Of a stretch of DNA of 64,000 nt, positions 9,813 through 19,922 are shown piece after piece. A program made the translations under genes and the position numbers. Each line of letters opens with the position of its first letter. The stretch's first letter is position 1. Below the pieces are notes generated by a model. The model was not told where the DNA came from, did no database searches, and worked only from the letters and a program-made list of their open reading frames with translations. The stretch comes from Chitinophaga pinensis (GTDB lineage Bacteria; Bacteroidota; Bacteroidia; NS11-12g; UBA9320), in assembly GCA_945897885.1 (NCBI GenBank), contig CAMDGU010000008.1, positions 817 through 64,816 on the forward strand. The letters are read 5' to 3'.

Positions 9813-11510
9813 TCAATTTGAACTTGATAGCTTGGTAGCTTTCCTTTTTAGAACATAAATATAATTTTCATTTTTATGCTTAAAAGTGGCTTCAGAACCC
9901 CAATAAAATTGAGACCGTTCAGCAGTTTTTGGTATATCCACCATCCCCACTAAATCATAATTTTCGGGAAGATATTTGTTAATCCAATCAAAAATAACAG
10001 TAGGAGTTCCTTTCATTGTAAGCCAGGAAGGCATTACACTACAAAACACAATAATTTTGGGTTTAGCCTTTTCAATTTCCGAAATCATTTCATTCTGCAT
10101 AATCAAATTATACTTTTGAGGCTCCACTAATGGATAAACATAAAGATAACCTGTAGCGGATTTACGGTTGGCATAAACCAATATTTCCGGTTCTGAACCT
10201 AAGATGGCTACCTTATCATCCTCATTGCAATTATTGGCAATAAACTTTCCAATTTCTGCGGCTTCCACAAAAGGATTATAACCATAAGCCCTTTTATTTA
10301 CCTCGTCAACATTGGTAGAAAAATAATATTTTTTGTCTTTGCCCATGGCAATTAATCCCATTAATAACACACTGGCAAAAGGTAAAACTTTAAAAAATGT
10401 GTTATTCTTTCCTTTGGAAATAAATTCAATAAGATATTCAATAGAAATGGCATAAAGCAAGCCGACTGCCGGCAACGCTAAAATGAAATAATGTTGGCGA
10501 AAAAAGAACCCGGGACAAACAGCGGCAAAGCAAAATAAATAAAGAGATAAAATAAACACTTTTTGAAAAAGAGTTTGCTTTCCTAGCCAAACTAAAACAA
10601 TGCCTGCAAAAGCCAACAACCAAATGATGGGATATTCAGCAAACATACCATCGAAAACGGAATGGAAATTTAATTTTATCTTTTCCGGTTTCATGTTTAT
10701 TAAAGTGTAACTTCTAGCATATTCTACCGTCCAAAACCAAAACTTGGCAAAGGCTCCGGTTTTAATCATTATCAAAAGCACAATTATGTATGGAATAATA
10801 GCCCCAATTGAATAAGCAAAGATATTTTTAAACAGTTTTTTCCAATTAATGTGTTTGGTTAAAATTTCTGTTGCAATAATCATAACACCTGCCATCACTA
10901 TTAATAAGGCTGCCTGTTGTTTCATAAGTAATGCCAAACCAAACATTAAACCTATTAAACCAGCGTAATGCCATTTTTTATTTTCATAAAATATGGAGTA
11001 AAAGTAAAGCCCAAGCATGGCAAACAAATTGATAAAATGAGTGGCATGTGCAGCAAAACCATAAAAGGCTAAACTAATCGACAACAAACTATATACTGTA
11101 GCTGAAACCAATGCAATCATTGGGTTGAATAATCTTTTAAGAGTTAAATATAATAAAATAATGGTGACAATATTTACAACCATTAATCCAAAATGAATGG
11201 AGGTAGGCGAACTTCCAAACAAAGCTATAATAATGGAATACATACCATAAGTTCCTGGCAGCTTCATATTATAAGCATCAAGATATGGTATGCCACCTTG
11301 AAGAAAAAGATTGCCAATATAGGCATACTCACCTTCATCTCTTTCAAAAGGAACGGCAAGCAATTTGTAACGAATAAATGCCACCAATAATACTATTAAG
11401 CCTAAAGCTATTTTACAATAATCGAATGATGAGGCTTTAGCATTGTTAGGATCTGCAGCTGATATTGTGGTTTTAACGTGGTTTTGTTTATTTGCTTTTT
11501 TGTTGGCCAT
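9813..11510 (-). CDS. ArnT/PMT (GT39-like) integral membrane glycosyltransferase
   Basis: PFERDEGEYAY, PYLDAYNMKLPG and many TM helices. Start at 11510 chosen from the TATATTTG promoter at 11541-11548 (minus strand). Confidence 0.75.
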   Translation of the reverse strand: MANKKANKQNHVKTTISAADPNNAKASSFDYCKIALGLIVLLVAFIRYKLLAVPFERDEGEYAYIGNLFLQGGIPYLDAYNMKLPGTYGMYSIIIALFGSSPTSIHFGLMVVNIVTIILLYLTLKRLFNPMIALVSATVYSLLSISLAFYGFAAHATHFINLFAMLGLYFYSIFYENKKWHYAGLIGLMFGLALLMKQQAALLIVMAGVMIIATEILTKHINWKKLFKNIFAYSIGAIIPYIIVLLIMIKTGAFAKFWFWTVEYARSYTLINMKPEKIKLNFHSVFDGMFAEYPIIWLLAFAGIVLVWLGKQTLFQKVFILSLYLFCFAAVCPGFFFRQHYFILALPAVGLLYAISIEYLIEFISKGKNNTFFKVLPFASVLLMGLIAMGKDKKYYFSTNVDEVNKRAYGYNPFVEAAEIGKFIANNCNEDDKVAILGSEPEILVYANRKSATGYLYVYPLVEPQKYNLIMQNEMISEIEKAKPKIIVFCSVMPSWLTMKGTPTVIFDWINKYLPENYDLVGMVDIPKTAERSQFYWGSEATFKHKNENYIYVLKRKATKLSSSN

Positions 11511-11758
11511 AAAATAAAAAACTTGCTTGGATAGGTGTGCCAAATATAATTATTTAAACATACAATAGTCAAAAACCTGAAAACCTTTCAAAACAGAAAT
11601 AGAAATTTTATAAAATTTTGTTAGTGTCAAAGCCGAAAGATAATAATGACCAATTTCTCAAAAACTATTAGCAACATATTCAAAATAAAAACTCCAATAT
11701 TGCGTTTTTTATCTAAAAAAGCCGTTAATTGCATCTCCTTTTTAAAAACAACAATAAA

Positions 11759-12661
11759 ATGATTATCCGCAAGGTAGTATTTATAGCAACACTAATTTTA
11801 GCAACCTCTAGCCTTAAAGCCCAACGCTGGATGCGGGAAAGTTCGCTCGACCTGGGTATTATGGTAGGTGGAAGCAATTATACAGGTGAACTCACAAATT
11901 TTAAATTTTTTGAACCTCAAGGTACCCATTTTGCCGCCGGATTGCTTACGCGATACAATGTTGGTCAACGGTTAACCTTTAAATTAAGCGCTACCCGAGG
12001 CACCATTAGCGGATATGATGAGTGGTATTCGGATATTGAAGAAAACCGTTTGCGCAATTTGCATTTCAAAAGCATTCTTTGGGATTTTTCAGGCGGGGTA
12101 GATGTTAACCTTCGTTTGTTAGACAGAGGAAAACAAAGAGGGTTTGTTCCCTATTTTACCACAGGTTTGTCGGTATTTAAATTTAATCCGCAAGCCCAGT
12201 TTTTTTATGACGCTAACAGTCCTCACAACACCGGAGTAAATGGTTATGAAAACCTGGCAAACAGGAATGAGGAGTGGGTAAATTTACAAGCCTTAAGTAC
12301 CGAAGGACAGCAAACCGCTGAATACAACGATTTAAAGCGTTACAGCCTTACTCAATTGGCTATACCAATGGGATTGGGCGTAAAATGCTACATGAACAAA
12401 CACTGGATGGTGGCATTAGAATATACAGTTCGAAAAACCTTTACCGACCATCTGGATGATGTAAGCGGAAAATATGCAGAACCTTTTTATATTGAAAGCC
12501 AGTATGGTCCTATAGCTTCAGCCATGGCTGACCCTGCAACTGTATTGCACGAAACAGGAACACTAAGAGGAAATCCGAAAAATAAAGATTGGTATTCTAT
12601 TTTTGGGTTAAGCCTTACCTATCGTTTGGTTACCAATAAGGTTAAGTGTTTTCAGTTCTAA
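11759..12661 (+). CDS. DUF6089 family outer-membrane beta-barrel protein
   Basis: GGSNYTGEL, RNLHFKS, LSTEGQ, RKTFTDHLDDVS, RGNPKNKDWY. Confidence 0.8.
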   Translation: MIIRKVVFIATLILATSSLKAQRWMRESSLDLGIMVGGSNYTGELTNFKFFEPQGTHFAAGLLTRYNVGQRLTFKLSATRGTISGYDEWYSDIEENRLRNLHFKSILWDFSGGVDVNLRLLDRGKQRGFVPYFTTGLSVFKFNPQAQFFYDANSPHNTGVNGYENLANRNEEWVNLQALSTEGQQTAEYNDLKRYSLTQLAIPMGLGVKCYMNKHWMVALEYTVRKTFTDHLDDVSGKYAEPFYIESQYGPIASAMADPATVLHETGTLRGNPKNKDWYSIFGLSLTYRLVTNKVKCFQF

Positions 12662-12756
12662 AATACCCCTTTTCAAACCGTGGTTTTTTTAATACTTTTG
12701 CAGCCCTTGCTGCCAAGGTGTAACTATCCTTGCTCAATACCGTATTACAATACAAT

Positions 12757-13596
12757 ATGCCTAAAAGCATTATTAAATTAACATCTTTTTTAGCCGTATT
12801 TCTTGCAGCTAATTCATCATTCTCACAAAAGTGGGAAATAGGAGGAATGTTAGGTGCATCAAATTACAATGGCGATTTAGCCCGTGAAATAGTGTTAAAA
12901 GAAAGTCATTTAGCCGGAGGGGCTTTTTTCAGATATAATTTGGGAAAGTACTTTTCGATAAAACCAAGTATACAGGTTGGAACCATAAGCGGCAGCGATG
13001 CAAATTTTAAAGAAAATAAATACCGCAACCTTAGCTTTAAATCAAACATAACCGAGGTGGCTGCCATGATGGAATATAATTTTAAACCTTTTGGAGTTCA
13101 GGTTCGTACCGAAAGTTTTACACCCTATGTTCAATTTGGAGTTGGTCTGTTTCATTTTAATCCGAAAGCAAAATACAATGGCGATTGGTTTGAACTTCGC
13201 AATCTCCATACAGAAGGTCAAACGACTAAAGAGTTATACAAACTGAACCAAATTTCAGTGCCATTTGGTATGGGATTAAAATGGACGGTTAATAATAATC
13301 TTACTTTAGGTTTTGAATTTGTATACCGCAAAACATTTACTGATTATTTGGATGATGTTAGCAAAACCTATCCCGATTTGCCGGAGCATACTAAAAAATA
13401 TGGTACACTGAGTGCTTCTCTTTCTGATAGGTCAGCCGAAATAGATGGCGTTACAGACCCATTGAGCACCATAGGAGATATGCGCGGTGACCCGGGATTA
13501 CAAGATTGGTATGTGTTTACCATGTTTTCATTTTCATACCGTTTTACACCGGTAGTTTGTTGGCCTAATAAACCCTCTACTGTATGGGATTATTAG
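12757..13596 (+). CDS. DUF6089 family outer-membrane beta-barrel protein (tandem paralog)
   Basis: GASNYNGDL, RNLSFKS, RKTFTDYLDDVS, RGDPGLQDWY; located upstream of uppS-bamA. Confidence 0.8.
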   Translation: MPKSIIKLTSFLAVFLAANSSFSQKWEIGGMLGASNYNGDLAREIVLKESHLAGGAFFRYNLGKYFSIKPSIQVGTISGSDANFKENKYRNLSFKSNITEVAAMMEYNFKPFGVQVRTESFTPYVQFGVGLFHFNPKAKYNGDWFELRNLHTEGQTTKELYKLNQISVPFGMGLKWTVNNNLTLGFEFVYRKTFTDYLDDVSKTYPDLPEHTKKYGTLSASLSDRSAEIDGVTDPLSTIGDMRGDPGLQDWYVFTMFSFSYRFTPVVCWPNKPSTVWDY

Positions 13597-14327
13597 AAAA
13601 AATAGACAAGACCAGATTACCTTCTCATATTGCCATCATAATGGATGGAAACGGAAGATGGGCTAAGAAGAAGGGATTGATGCGTGTGTTTGGCCATGAA
13701 AATGGTGTAAAGGCGGTACGTGAAGCGTGTGAAAGTTGTGCCGAATTGGGAGTTTCTTATCTTACACTTTATGCCTTTAGCACCGAAAATTGGAACAGAC
13801 CTCATTCGGAAGTGAATGCCCTAATGACGTTATTGGTAAAAACAATTAAGGCGGAAACACCAACTCTATTAAAGAACAATATGCGGTTGCAAGCCATTGG
13901 TGATTTATCGCAGCTGCCAAAAAATTGTTTAGAAGAATTAAACGAAGCCATTGACAGCACAAAGCATAACAATGGAACTACTTTAATTTTGGCGTTGAGT
14001 TACAGTTCAAAATGGGATATAGTTAATTCTGTAAAAAAAATAGCTCAAAGTGTAAAATCGGGTGAAATAGATATTGAGGATATAACGGAAGAATTAATAT
14101 CAAAATCATTAACAACCGAGCCATTTCCGCATCCCGAATTATTAATAAGAACTAGCGGAGAATATAGATTGAGTAATTTTTTACTTTGGGAACTGGCCTA
14201 CAGTGAATTTCATTTTACCGATGTATTATGGCCTGATTTTAGAAGAGAGCATTTATATTCAGCTCTTTTAGATTATCAAAGCAGAGAAAGACGATTTGGA
14301 AAAACCAGTGAACAAATTTCATCCTAA
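13584..14327 (+). CDS. uppS: Isoprenyl transferase (undecaprenyl diphosphate synthase)
   Basis: HIAIIMDGNGRWA, YAFSTENWNRP, IRTSGEYRLSNFLLW. Confidence 0.96.
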   Translation: MGLLEKIDKTRLPSHIAIIMDGNGRWAKKKGLMRVFGHENGVKAVREACESCAELGVSYLTLYAFSTENWNRPHSEVNALMTLLVKTIKAETPTLLKNNMRLQAIGDLSQLPKNCLEELNEAIDSTKHNNGTTLILALSYSSKWDIVNSVKKIAQSVKSGEIDIEDITEELISKSLTTEPFPHPELLIRTSGEYRLSNFLLWELAYSEFHFTDVLWPDFRREHLYSALLDYQSRERRFGKTSEQISS

Positions 14328-14345
14328 AAACAAACTGAAATAACC

Positions 14346-16862
14346 TTGAGAAGAATATTAATAATTACTACAGCTATTTTTATCTTTTCAGCTAAACTAT
14401 TCGCTCAGGGCAATGATTCTGACTATATCAATCTGAATTATCTTTCCCCAAATAAGTATACCATTGATAAAATTACCGTAACAGGAACCCTGTTTATGGA
14501 TAAAAATATCCTGATTTTAATTTCAGGATTATCAAAAGATCAGGAAATAAATGTACCGGGTGAAGAATTAAGAAAGGCCGTGGAAGTATTGTGGAAACAA
14601 GGTTTGTTTTCGGATGTTAAAATTTATTGCACGGGGGTAAACGGAAATAAAATTAATCTGGATATTCAATTAACCGAAAGGCCCCGCCTTTCGAAATACA
14701 GTATAAAAGGTTTAAGAAAAGCCGAAACAAAGAATGTAAAAGAAGAGCTGGACCTCGAATCGGGCCAGGTAATTACCGAAAACCTTACCAACAAAACCTT
14801 AAATAAAATTAAAGCTTATTTTTATAAGAAAGGCTATTTTAACGCCTTGGTTACCGTAAAAAATGAGCCCGACCCCGCCAAGCCGGGTCAGCAAATAATG
14901 CGAATAAGTGTAAGCAAAGGGCCCAGAGTAAAAGTTTATAATATTACGATTGACGGCAATGAAAAGGTAACAGACAGAAAACTGTTGGCTTCCATGAAAA
15001 AGCCGAAACGCAAGAAAAATAAGCTTAATATTTTTGCTTCCTCCAAGTTTATAGAAGAAACCTACAACGAAGAAAAGCCTAAAATTTTAGAAAAATATGC
15101 CAGTATGGGATATCGCGATGCACAAATTGAAAAGGATTCGATTTATGTGATAAGCCCCAATTTGGTAAATATTGTGATAAAGGTAAAGGAAGGCAAGCAA
15201 TACTATTTTAGAGATATTTCCTTTATAGGTAATACAAAGTACACCAACGCCGAACTAGCCAAAGTACTAAGCTTAAAAAAAGGTGAAATATTTAACCAGT
15301 CAAAATTAGATAGCCGTTTATTTATGAACCCGTCAGGATATGATATTTCAAGCTTGTATATGGATGATGGGTATTTGTTTTTTAATATTAATCCGGTTGA
15401 GATTAATGTTGAAAATGATTCTATTGACCTTGAGGTTAGAATATACGAAGGTAAGCAAGCCACTATTAACAAAGTAATGGTAACAGGTAATGACAAAACC
15501 AGTGACCATGTAATTTTACGTCAGGTAAGAACCGTTCCGGGTGATAAATTCAGTAGGTCCAATATTCAACGTTCCATTCGTGAATTATCACAACTTAATT
15601 ATTTTGACCCTGAAAAATTGGGGGTAAATCCAATACCAAATCCTCAAAACGGAACGGTGGATATAGAATATAAAGTGGTTGAAAAACCCTCTGACCAAAT
15701 TGAGGCTTCAGGAGGATGGGGAGGAATGGGCGGTTTTATTGGAACTGTAGGTTTAAGTTTAAATAATTTTTCGACCAAAAGAATGTTTACCAAAGGTGCT
15801 TGGGATCCATTACCCGCAGGTGATGGACAGCGAGTTTCATTGCGAGTGCAGAGTAATGGTTTGGGATACAGAACTTATAATTTCTCATTTAGTGAGCCTT
15901 GGTTAGGGGGTAAAAGGCCAAATTCGTTCACTTTTAGTATTTACCATTCTGTTCAAACCAATTTATTTGTAGGAGGATTTAATAAAAGTGATAGCCGTTA
16001 TCAATATCTAAGAACTACAGGGGCAACAATTTCACTAGGTAAATTTTTGAAATGGCCGGATGATTACTTCACAGTAAGTAACAGTCTGAACTATCAGCAT
16101 TATAAATTTAAAGATAATGGGTATTTTGGTTTTGGCGGTACTTCTGGTTTAGGATTTACTGAAGGAAATGCAAATAATATTAACTTTCAAAATGTAATAA
16201 GCAGAAACAGTACCGATCAGCCAATATTTCCAATGGATGGTTCTACATTTACATTTACCACTCAAGTTACACCCCCTTATTCATTATTAAGAGGAAATGC
16301 AGATTACAAAACCTTGTCGGCTGAGGATAAATACAAATGGCTGGAGTATTATAAATGGAAAGTTGAAGCGATTTGGTACCATAAAATAGTTGGGAAATTG
16401 GTTTTAGCTTCTTCCTTTAAATTTGGATTCCTTAATTATTATAATAAAGATGTTGGGTATTCACCTTTTGAACGTTTTAAACTTGGTGGAACCGGTTTGG
16501 TAGGTTGGAATCTATATGGTTCTGAGGTTATTTCACAACGAGGATACGATCAGTATACTACAGGAAGTGGTGCGGTAAACTTTAATAAATACACCTTAGA
16601 ATTACGTTATCCAATAAGCACTAATCCATCAGCTACGGTATATGTGCATTCGTTTTTAGAAGGTGGAAATGCTTTTTATTCAATTAAAGATTATAACCCA
16701 TTTAAGCTTTACAGAACAGCGGGTGTTGGTGTTCGTTTCTTCCTGCCTATGTTTGGATTGTTAGGCCTTGATTGTGGATGGCGATTTGATAATGCTCCAA
16801 ACAATCAGCCTATATCCCAAAAGAAATTCTTATTCCAATTTTTCTTAGGACCTCAGTTTTAA
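14346..16862 (+). CDS. bamA: Outer membrane protein assembly factor BamA
   Basis: POTRA repeats, NNFS motif, SFSEPWLGG, RGY-like loop motif, C-terminal barrel ending in F; uppS-bamA synteny. Confidence 0.93.
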   Translation: MRRILIITTAIFIFSAKLFAQGNDSDYINLNYLSPNKYTIDKITVTGTLFMDKNILILISGLSKDQEINVPGEELRKAVEVLWKQGLFSDVKIYCTGVNGNKINLDIQLTERPRLSKYSIKGLRKAETKNVKEELDLESGQVITENLTNKTLNKIKAYFYKKGYFNALVTVKNEPDPAKPGQQIMRISVSKGPRVKVYNITIDGNEKVTDRKLLASMKKPKRKKNKLNIFASSKFIEETYNEEKPKILEKYASMGYRDAQIEKDSIYVISPNLVNIVIKVKEGKQYYFRDISFIGNTKYTNAELAKVLSLKKGEIFNQSKLDSRLFMNPSGYDISSLYMDDGYLFFNINPVEINVENDSIDLEVRIYEGKQATINKVMVTGNDKTSDHVILRQVRTVPGDKFSRSNIQRSIRELSQLNYFDPEKLGVNPIPNPQNGTVDIEYKVVEKPSDQIEASGGWGGMGGFIGTVGLSLNNFSTKRMFTKGAWDPLPAGDGQRVSLRVQSNGLGYRTYNFSFSEPWLGGKRPNSFTFSIYHSVQTNLFVGGFNKSDSRYQYLRTTGATISLGKFLKWPDDYFTVSNSLNYQHYKFKDNGYFGFGGTSGLGFTEGNANNINFQNVISRNSTDQPIFPMDGSTFTFTTQVTPPYSLLRGNADYKTLSAEDKYKWLEYYKWKVEAIWYHKIVGKLVLASSFKFGFLNYYNKDVGYSPFERFKLGGTGLVGWNLYGSEVISQRGYDQYTTGSGAVNFNKYTLELRYPISTNPSATVYVHSFLEGGNAFYSIKDYNPFKLYRTAGVGVRFFLPMFGLLGLDCGWRFDNAPNNQPISQKKFLFQFFLGPQF

Positions 16863-16878
16863 AAGAATTTATTTGAAA

Positions 16879-16907
16879 CATTTCCAAAGTTTCAAACTTT
16901 GAAAATG
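16879..16907. repeat. REP-like palindrome (family A) between convergent bamA and fabH
   Basis: CATTTCCAAAGTTT-C-AAACTTTGAAAATG; same family as 26092-26124. Confidence 0.75.
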
Positions 16908-16915
16908 CTAATTAA

Positions 16916-17908
16916 TTAAGAATTATAAGCCCATTTTAAGTAAATAGCACCCCAGGTAAATCCGCCACCAAAGGTTGATAAAATAAGATTGTCGCCTTTT
17001 TTCAGTTGTTTTTCAAAATCCCAAAGCAATAAAGGCAATGTACCGTTGGTGGTATTACCGTAGCGTTGAATATTCATTAAAACTTTATCCGAACCAATTT
17101 CCAATCGGTCGGCAGTAGCATCAATTATTCTTTTATTGGCTTGGTGAGCAACTAAATAGTCTACATCGTCAGGTTTTAGGCCATTGCGATCTACAATTTC
17201 TCTGCTTACTTCAGCCATATTGGTTACAGCAAACTTAAAAACGGTTTTTCCTTCCTGATAAACGTAATGCTCACGGGCATTTATAGTTTCAATGGTTGGT
17301 GGTTTTAAAGAGCCACCTGCTTTTTGGTGCAAAAACTCACGCCCTGAACCATCGGTGCGCAAAATACTATCACACACGCCATATCCTTCTTCGTTGGGTT
17401 CCAATAAAACAGCACCGGCTCCATCACCAAAAATGATGCACGTGTTTCTATCTGTATAATCTAAAATGGCCGACATTTTATCGCCACCTATTACGATTAC
17501 TTTTTTGTATTTACCGGATTCTATGAACTTTGAACCTGTTTCAAGCCCGAATAAAAAACCTGAACAAGCGGCGGCCAAATCAAATCCCCAGGCATTTTTG
17601 GCACCAATTTTATCACACACGATATTGGCTGTAGCCGGAAAAATTAAATCGCCCGTAATGGTAGCACAAATAACTATATCAATTTCTTCAGCACCAATTC
17701 CGCGTTTTTTTAATAATTCATTTATAGCTTTAACTGCCATATCAGATGTTGCTCTCCCATCCTCAAGAATATGCCTCTCCTTTATACCGGTTCGGCTTTG
17801 TATCCATTCATCGGTGGTATCCACCATTTTTTCCAAGTCTTTATTTGAGAGAATTTTTTCGGGAACATAGCCCCCAACAGCGGTAATTGCAGCCTGAATT
17901 TTAGACAT
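16916..17908 (-). CDS. fabH: Beta-ketoacyl-ACP synthase III
   Basis: DLAAACSGF, FGDGAGA, HQANKRII, YGNT, FGGGFTWG. Confidence 0.96.
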   Translation of the reverse strand: MSKIQAAITAVGGYVPEKILSNKDLEKMVDTTDEWIQSRTGIKERHILEDGRATSDMAVKAINELLKKRGIGAEEIDIVICATITGDLIFPATANIVCDKIGAKNAWGFDLAAACSGFLFGLETGSKFIESGKYKKVIVIGGDKMSAILDYTDRNTCIIFGDGAGAVLLEPNEEGYGVCDSILRTDGSGREFLHQKAGGSLKPPTIETINAREHYVYQEGKTVFKFAVTNMAEVSREIVDRNGLKPDDVDYLVAHQANKRIIDATADRLEIGSDKVLMNIQRYGNTTNGTLPLLLWDFEKQLKKGDNLILSTFGGGFTWGAIYLKWAYNS

Positions 17909-17931
17909 TTATAAAATACTAATTAAGGCGG

Positions 17932-17939
17932 CAAAGGTA
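17932..17939 (-). promoter_or_regulatory. Bacteroidota primary-sigma -7 element for fabH
   Basis: TACCTTTG matches the TAnnTTTG consensus. Confidence 0.65.
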
Positions 17940-18021
17940 ATTGTTTAAAAACAAAAAAGGCAGATTTTTATATCTGATGAAAATAATGAGAATTAAGAAG
18001 GTTTTTTAATTAAGAATTAGG

Positions 18022-18966
18022 CTACAACTGAGCCTTAATACTATCAATAAAGTTGGATGTAATAACATCCTGAGTTAATTTAATCATATTAACAAAGGTT
18101 TTGGCCTTAGAGATTCCATGACCAATAATTACGGGCTTGTTCACTCCCAAAATAGGTGAACCGCCATAATTTTCAAAATTGAATTGTGAAAGATAATCAT
18201 CCTTAACGCCACGTTTCATCAATTGATAAAACATGCCTTCGCAAGCTTTTAAAACAATATTTCCGGTAAAACCGTCGCAAACCACTACATCTGCTTTGTC
18301 TGTAAATAAATCACGACCTTCTACATTTCCTATAAAGTCAATGAACCGGTCGTCTTCTAATAATGGATAAGTAGCTTGAGTAAGGATATTTCCTTTTTCT
18401 TTTTCTTCGCCAATGTTCAGCAACCCAACTCTTGGTTTTTCAATTCCCATGATAGAATTGGCGTATATAGAACCAATATTGGCAAATTGAACCAAAACGT
18501 CCGGTTTCACATCGGCATTTGCACCGGCATCCAGCATCACACCGTGATTTCCTGATGGGCGAGGAAGAATTGTGGAAATAGCAGGACGTAATATCCCTTC
18601 AATAGTTCTTACGGTGTAAAGTGAACCTACCATCATAGCCCCGGTATTTCCGGCACTTGCAAATCCATCAAGTTTTCCTTCGGCAAGCATTTTTAGTCCC
18701 ACCATAATACTTGAGTTTCGCTTGGCTGAAACTGCTTTGGTAGGATGTTCGCTCATAGAAATAGTATCAGGAGCATCAATGATTTCGAAACTGTGGGTTA
18801 TGCCTTGGGCAGAAAGAGATTCTTCAATTAATTTATGTTCACCTAACAAAACGATATCCACGTTGGCAAACTCAGGCAGACCTGCTGCCATAAATGCGCC
18901 CTTAATAGCTTCAACGGGAGCATAGTCTCCACCCATTGCATCTAATCCTATTCGGATACGTGACAT
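18022..18966 (-). CDS. plsX: Phosphate acyltransferase PlsX
   Basis: IGLDAMGGDYAP, SAGNTGA, LLNIGEEKEKGN, VVVCDGFTGN. Confidence 0.96.
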   Translation of the reverse strand: MSRIRIGLDAMGGDYAPVEAIKGAFMAAGLPEFANVDIVLLGEHKLIEESLSAQGITHSFEIIDAPDTISMSEHPTKAVSAKRNSSIMVGLKMLAEGKLDGFASAGNTGAMMVGSLYTVRTIEGILRPAISTILPRPSGNHGVMLDAGANADVKPDVLVQFANIGSIYANSIMGIEKPRVGLLNIGEEKEKGNILTQATYPLLEDDRFIDFIGNVEGRDLFTDKADVVVCDGFTGNIVLKACEGMFYQLMKRGVKDDYLSQFNFENYGGSPILGVNKPVIIGHGISKAKTFVNMIKLTQDVITSNFIDSIKAQL

Positions 18967-18993
18967 AATAGTTTTAAGTGAGTTTAAAAAAAA

Positions 18994-19176
18994 TTAAGAA
19001 GTTTTAACTTCAATAACCTGAACGCCGCGGTATACTCCGGTTTCCATGTTTACTCTGTGATACAATGAAGTATCACCTGATTTTGGATCGGTAAATATTT
19101 GTTTGAACTCAAGTTTGTCGTGGGTTCTACGTTTGTCCCTGCGGGTTCTCGAAATTTTTCGTTTGGGATGTGCCAT
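18994..19176 (-). CDS. rpmF: 50S ribosomal protein L32 (lacks zinc-binding cysteines)
   Basis: MAHPKRKISRTRRDKRRTH. Confidence 0.95.
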   Translation of the reverse strand: MAHPKRKISRTRRDKRRTHDKLEFKQIFTDPKSGDTSLYHRVNMETGVYRGVQVIEVKTS

Positions 19177-19182
19177 GTTTTT

Positions 19183-19713
19183 TTATTCTTTTATGTTTTT
19201 TAACTTATCCCACCTGGGATCGGTTTGTTGTTCAAAATTTGTTGAGGTATCATCCTCTTCTGATAAAAATTTTAACATTTCAGGATTGCAGGCTTTTGGT
19301 TTACCGGCGTTATCCTTACATGTTTTTGTCATTGGTATGTTGGTGCAAATAATTTCATAAATGTGGTCATACACATTAAACGAAACAGCATTTGGACCAA
19401 GATATATAATTTCGCCATCACTTTCTAATGGTTCTTCTACTATCTTTATTACTATTGATTCGGTACCTTTTACTGGTAAATCAAACGAATCTAAACATAC
19501 ATCACATTCGGTTATTACTATGCCTTCAATAGAGAAGGTAAAGTTCATCAGCCGATCTTTTTTATCAATAAGTAAATGAACGTTAACGTTTCCTTGTTTT
19601 ACTAATGAATGGTCTTTAACGCTAAAAAACGAATCGTCAATTTCGTAATCAAAACTATGTTGACCAAATTTTAATTTAACGAAATCAATGTCGTAATTCT
19701 TTAAAGAATCCAC
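19183..19713 (-). CDS. YceD/DUF177 family protein
   Basis: CDVC motif, TDPRWDKLK C-terminus, position upstream of rpmF. GTG start inferred downstream of TACTTTTG at 19732-19739. Confidence 0.88.
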   Translation of the reverse strand: MDSLKNYDIDFVKLKFGQHSFDYEIDDSFFSVKDHSLVKQGNVNVHLLIDKKDRLMNFTFSIEGIVITECDVCLDSFDLPVKGTESIVIKIVEEPLESDGEIIYLGPNAVSFNVYDHIYEIICTNIPMTKTCKDNAGKPKACNPEMLKFLSEEDDTSTNFEQQTDPRWDKLKNIKE

Positions 19714-19922
19714 AATTTTTAAACAGGGTTGCAAAAGTATATATTTTCTGTAAAAATTCAAAACAAATATTGCATATAATATTGGGAATTAAAAACAGGA
19801 AGAACCATGCTTTGTATTGCTCCAAAGTGATTGTTTTCAATGAAACTTTACGAATCTATTTTGCAATTTTTTTTAAGTTTAATTTTATATAAACTATTTT
19901 GCAGCACAATAAAGTTTATTAA

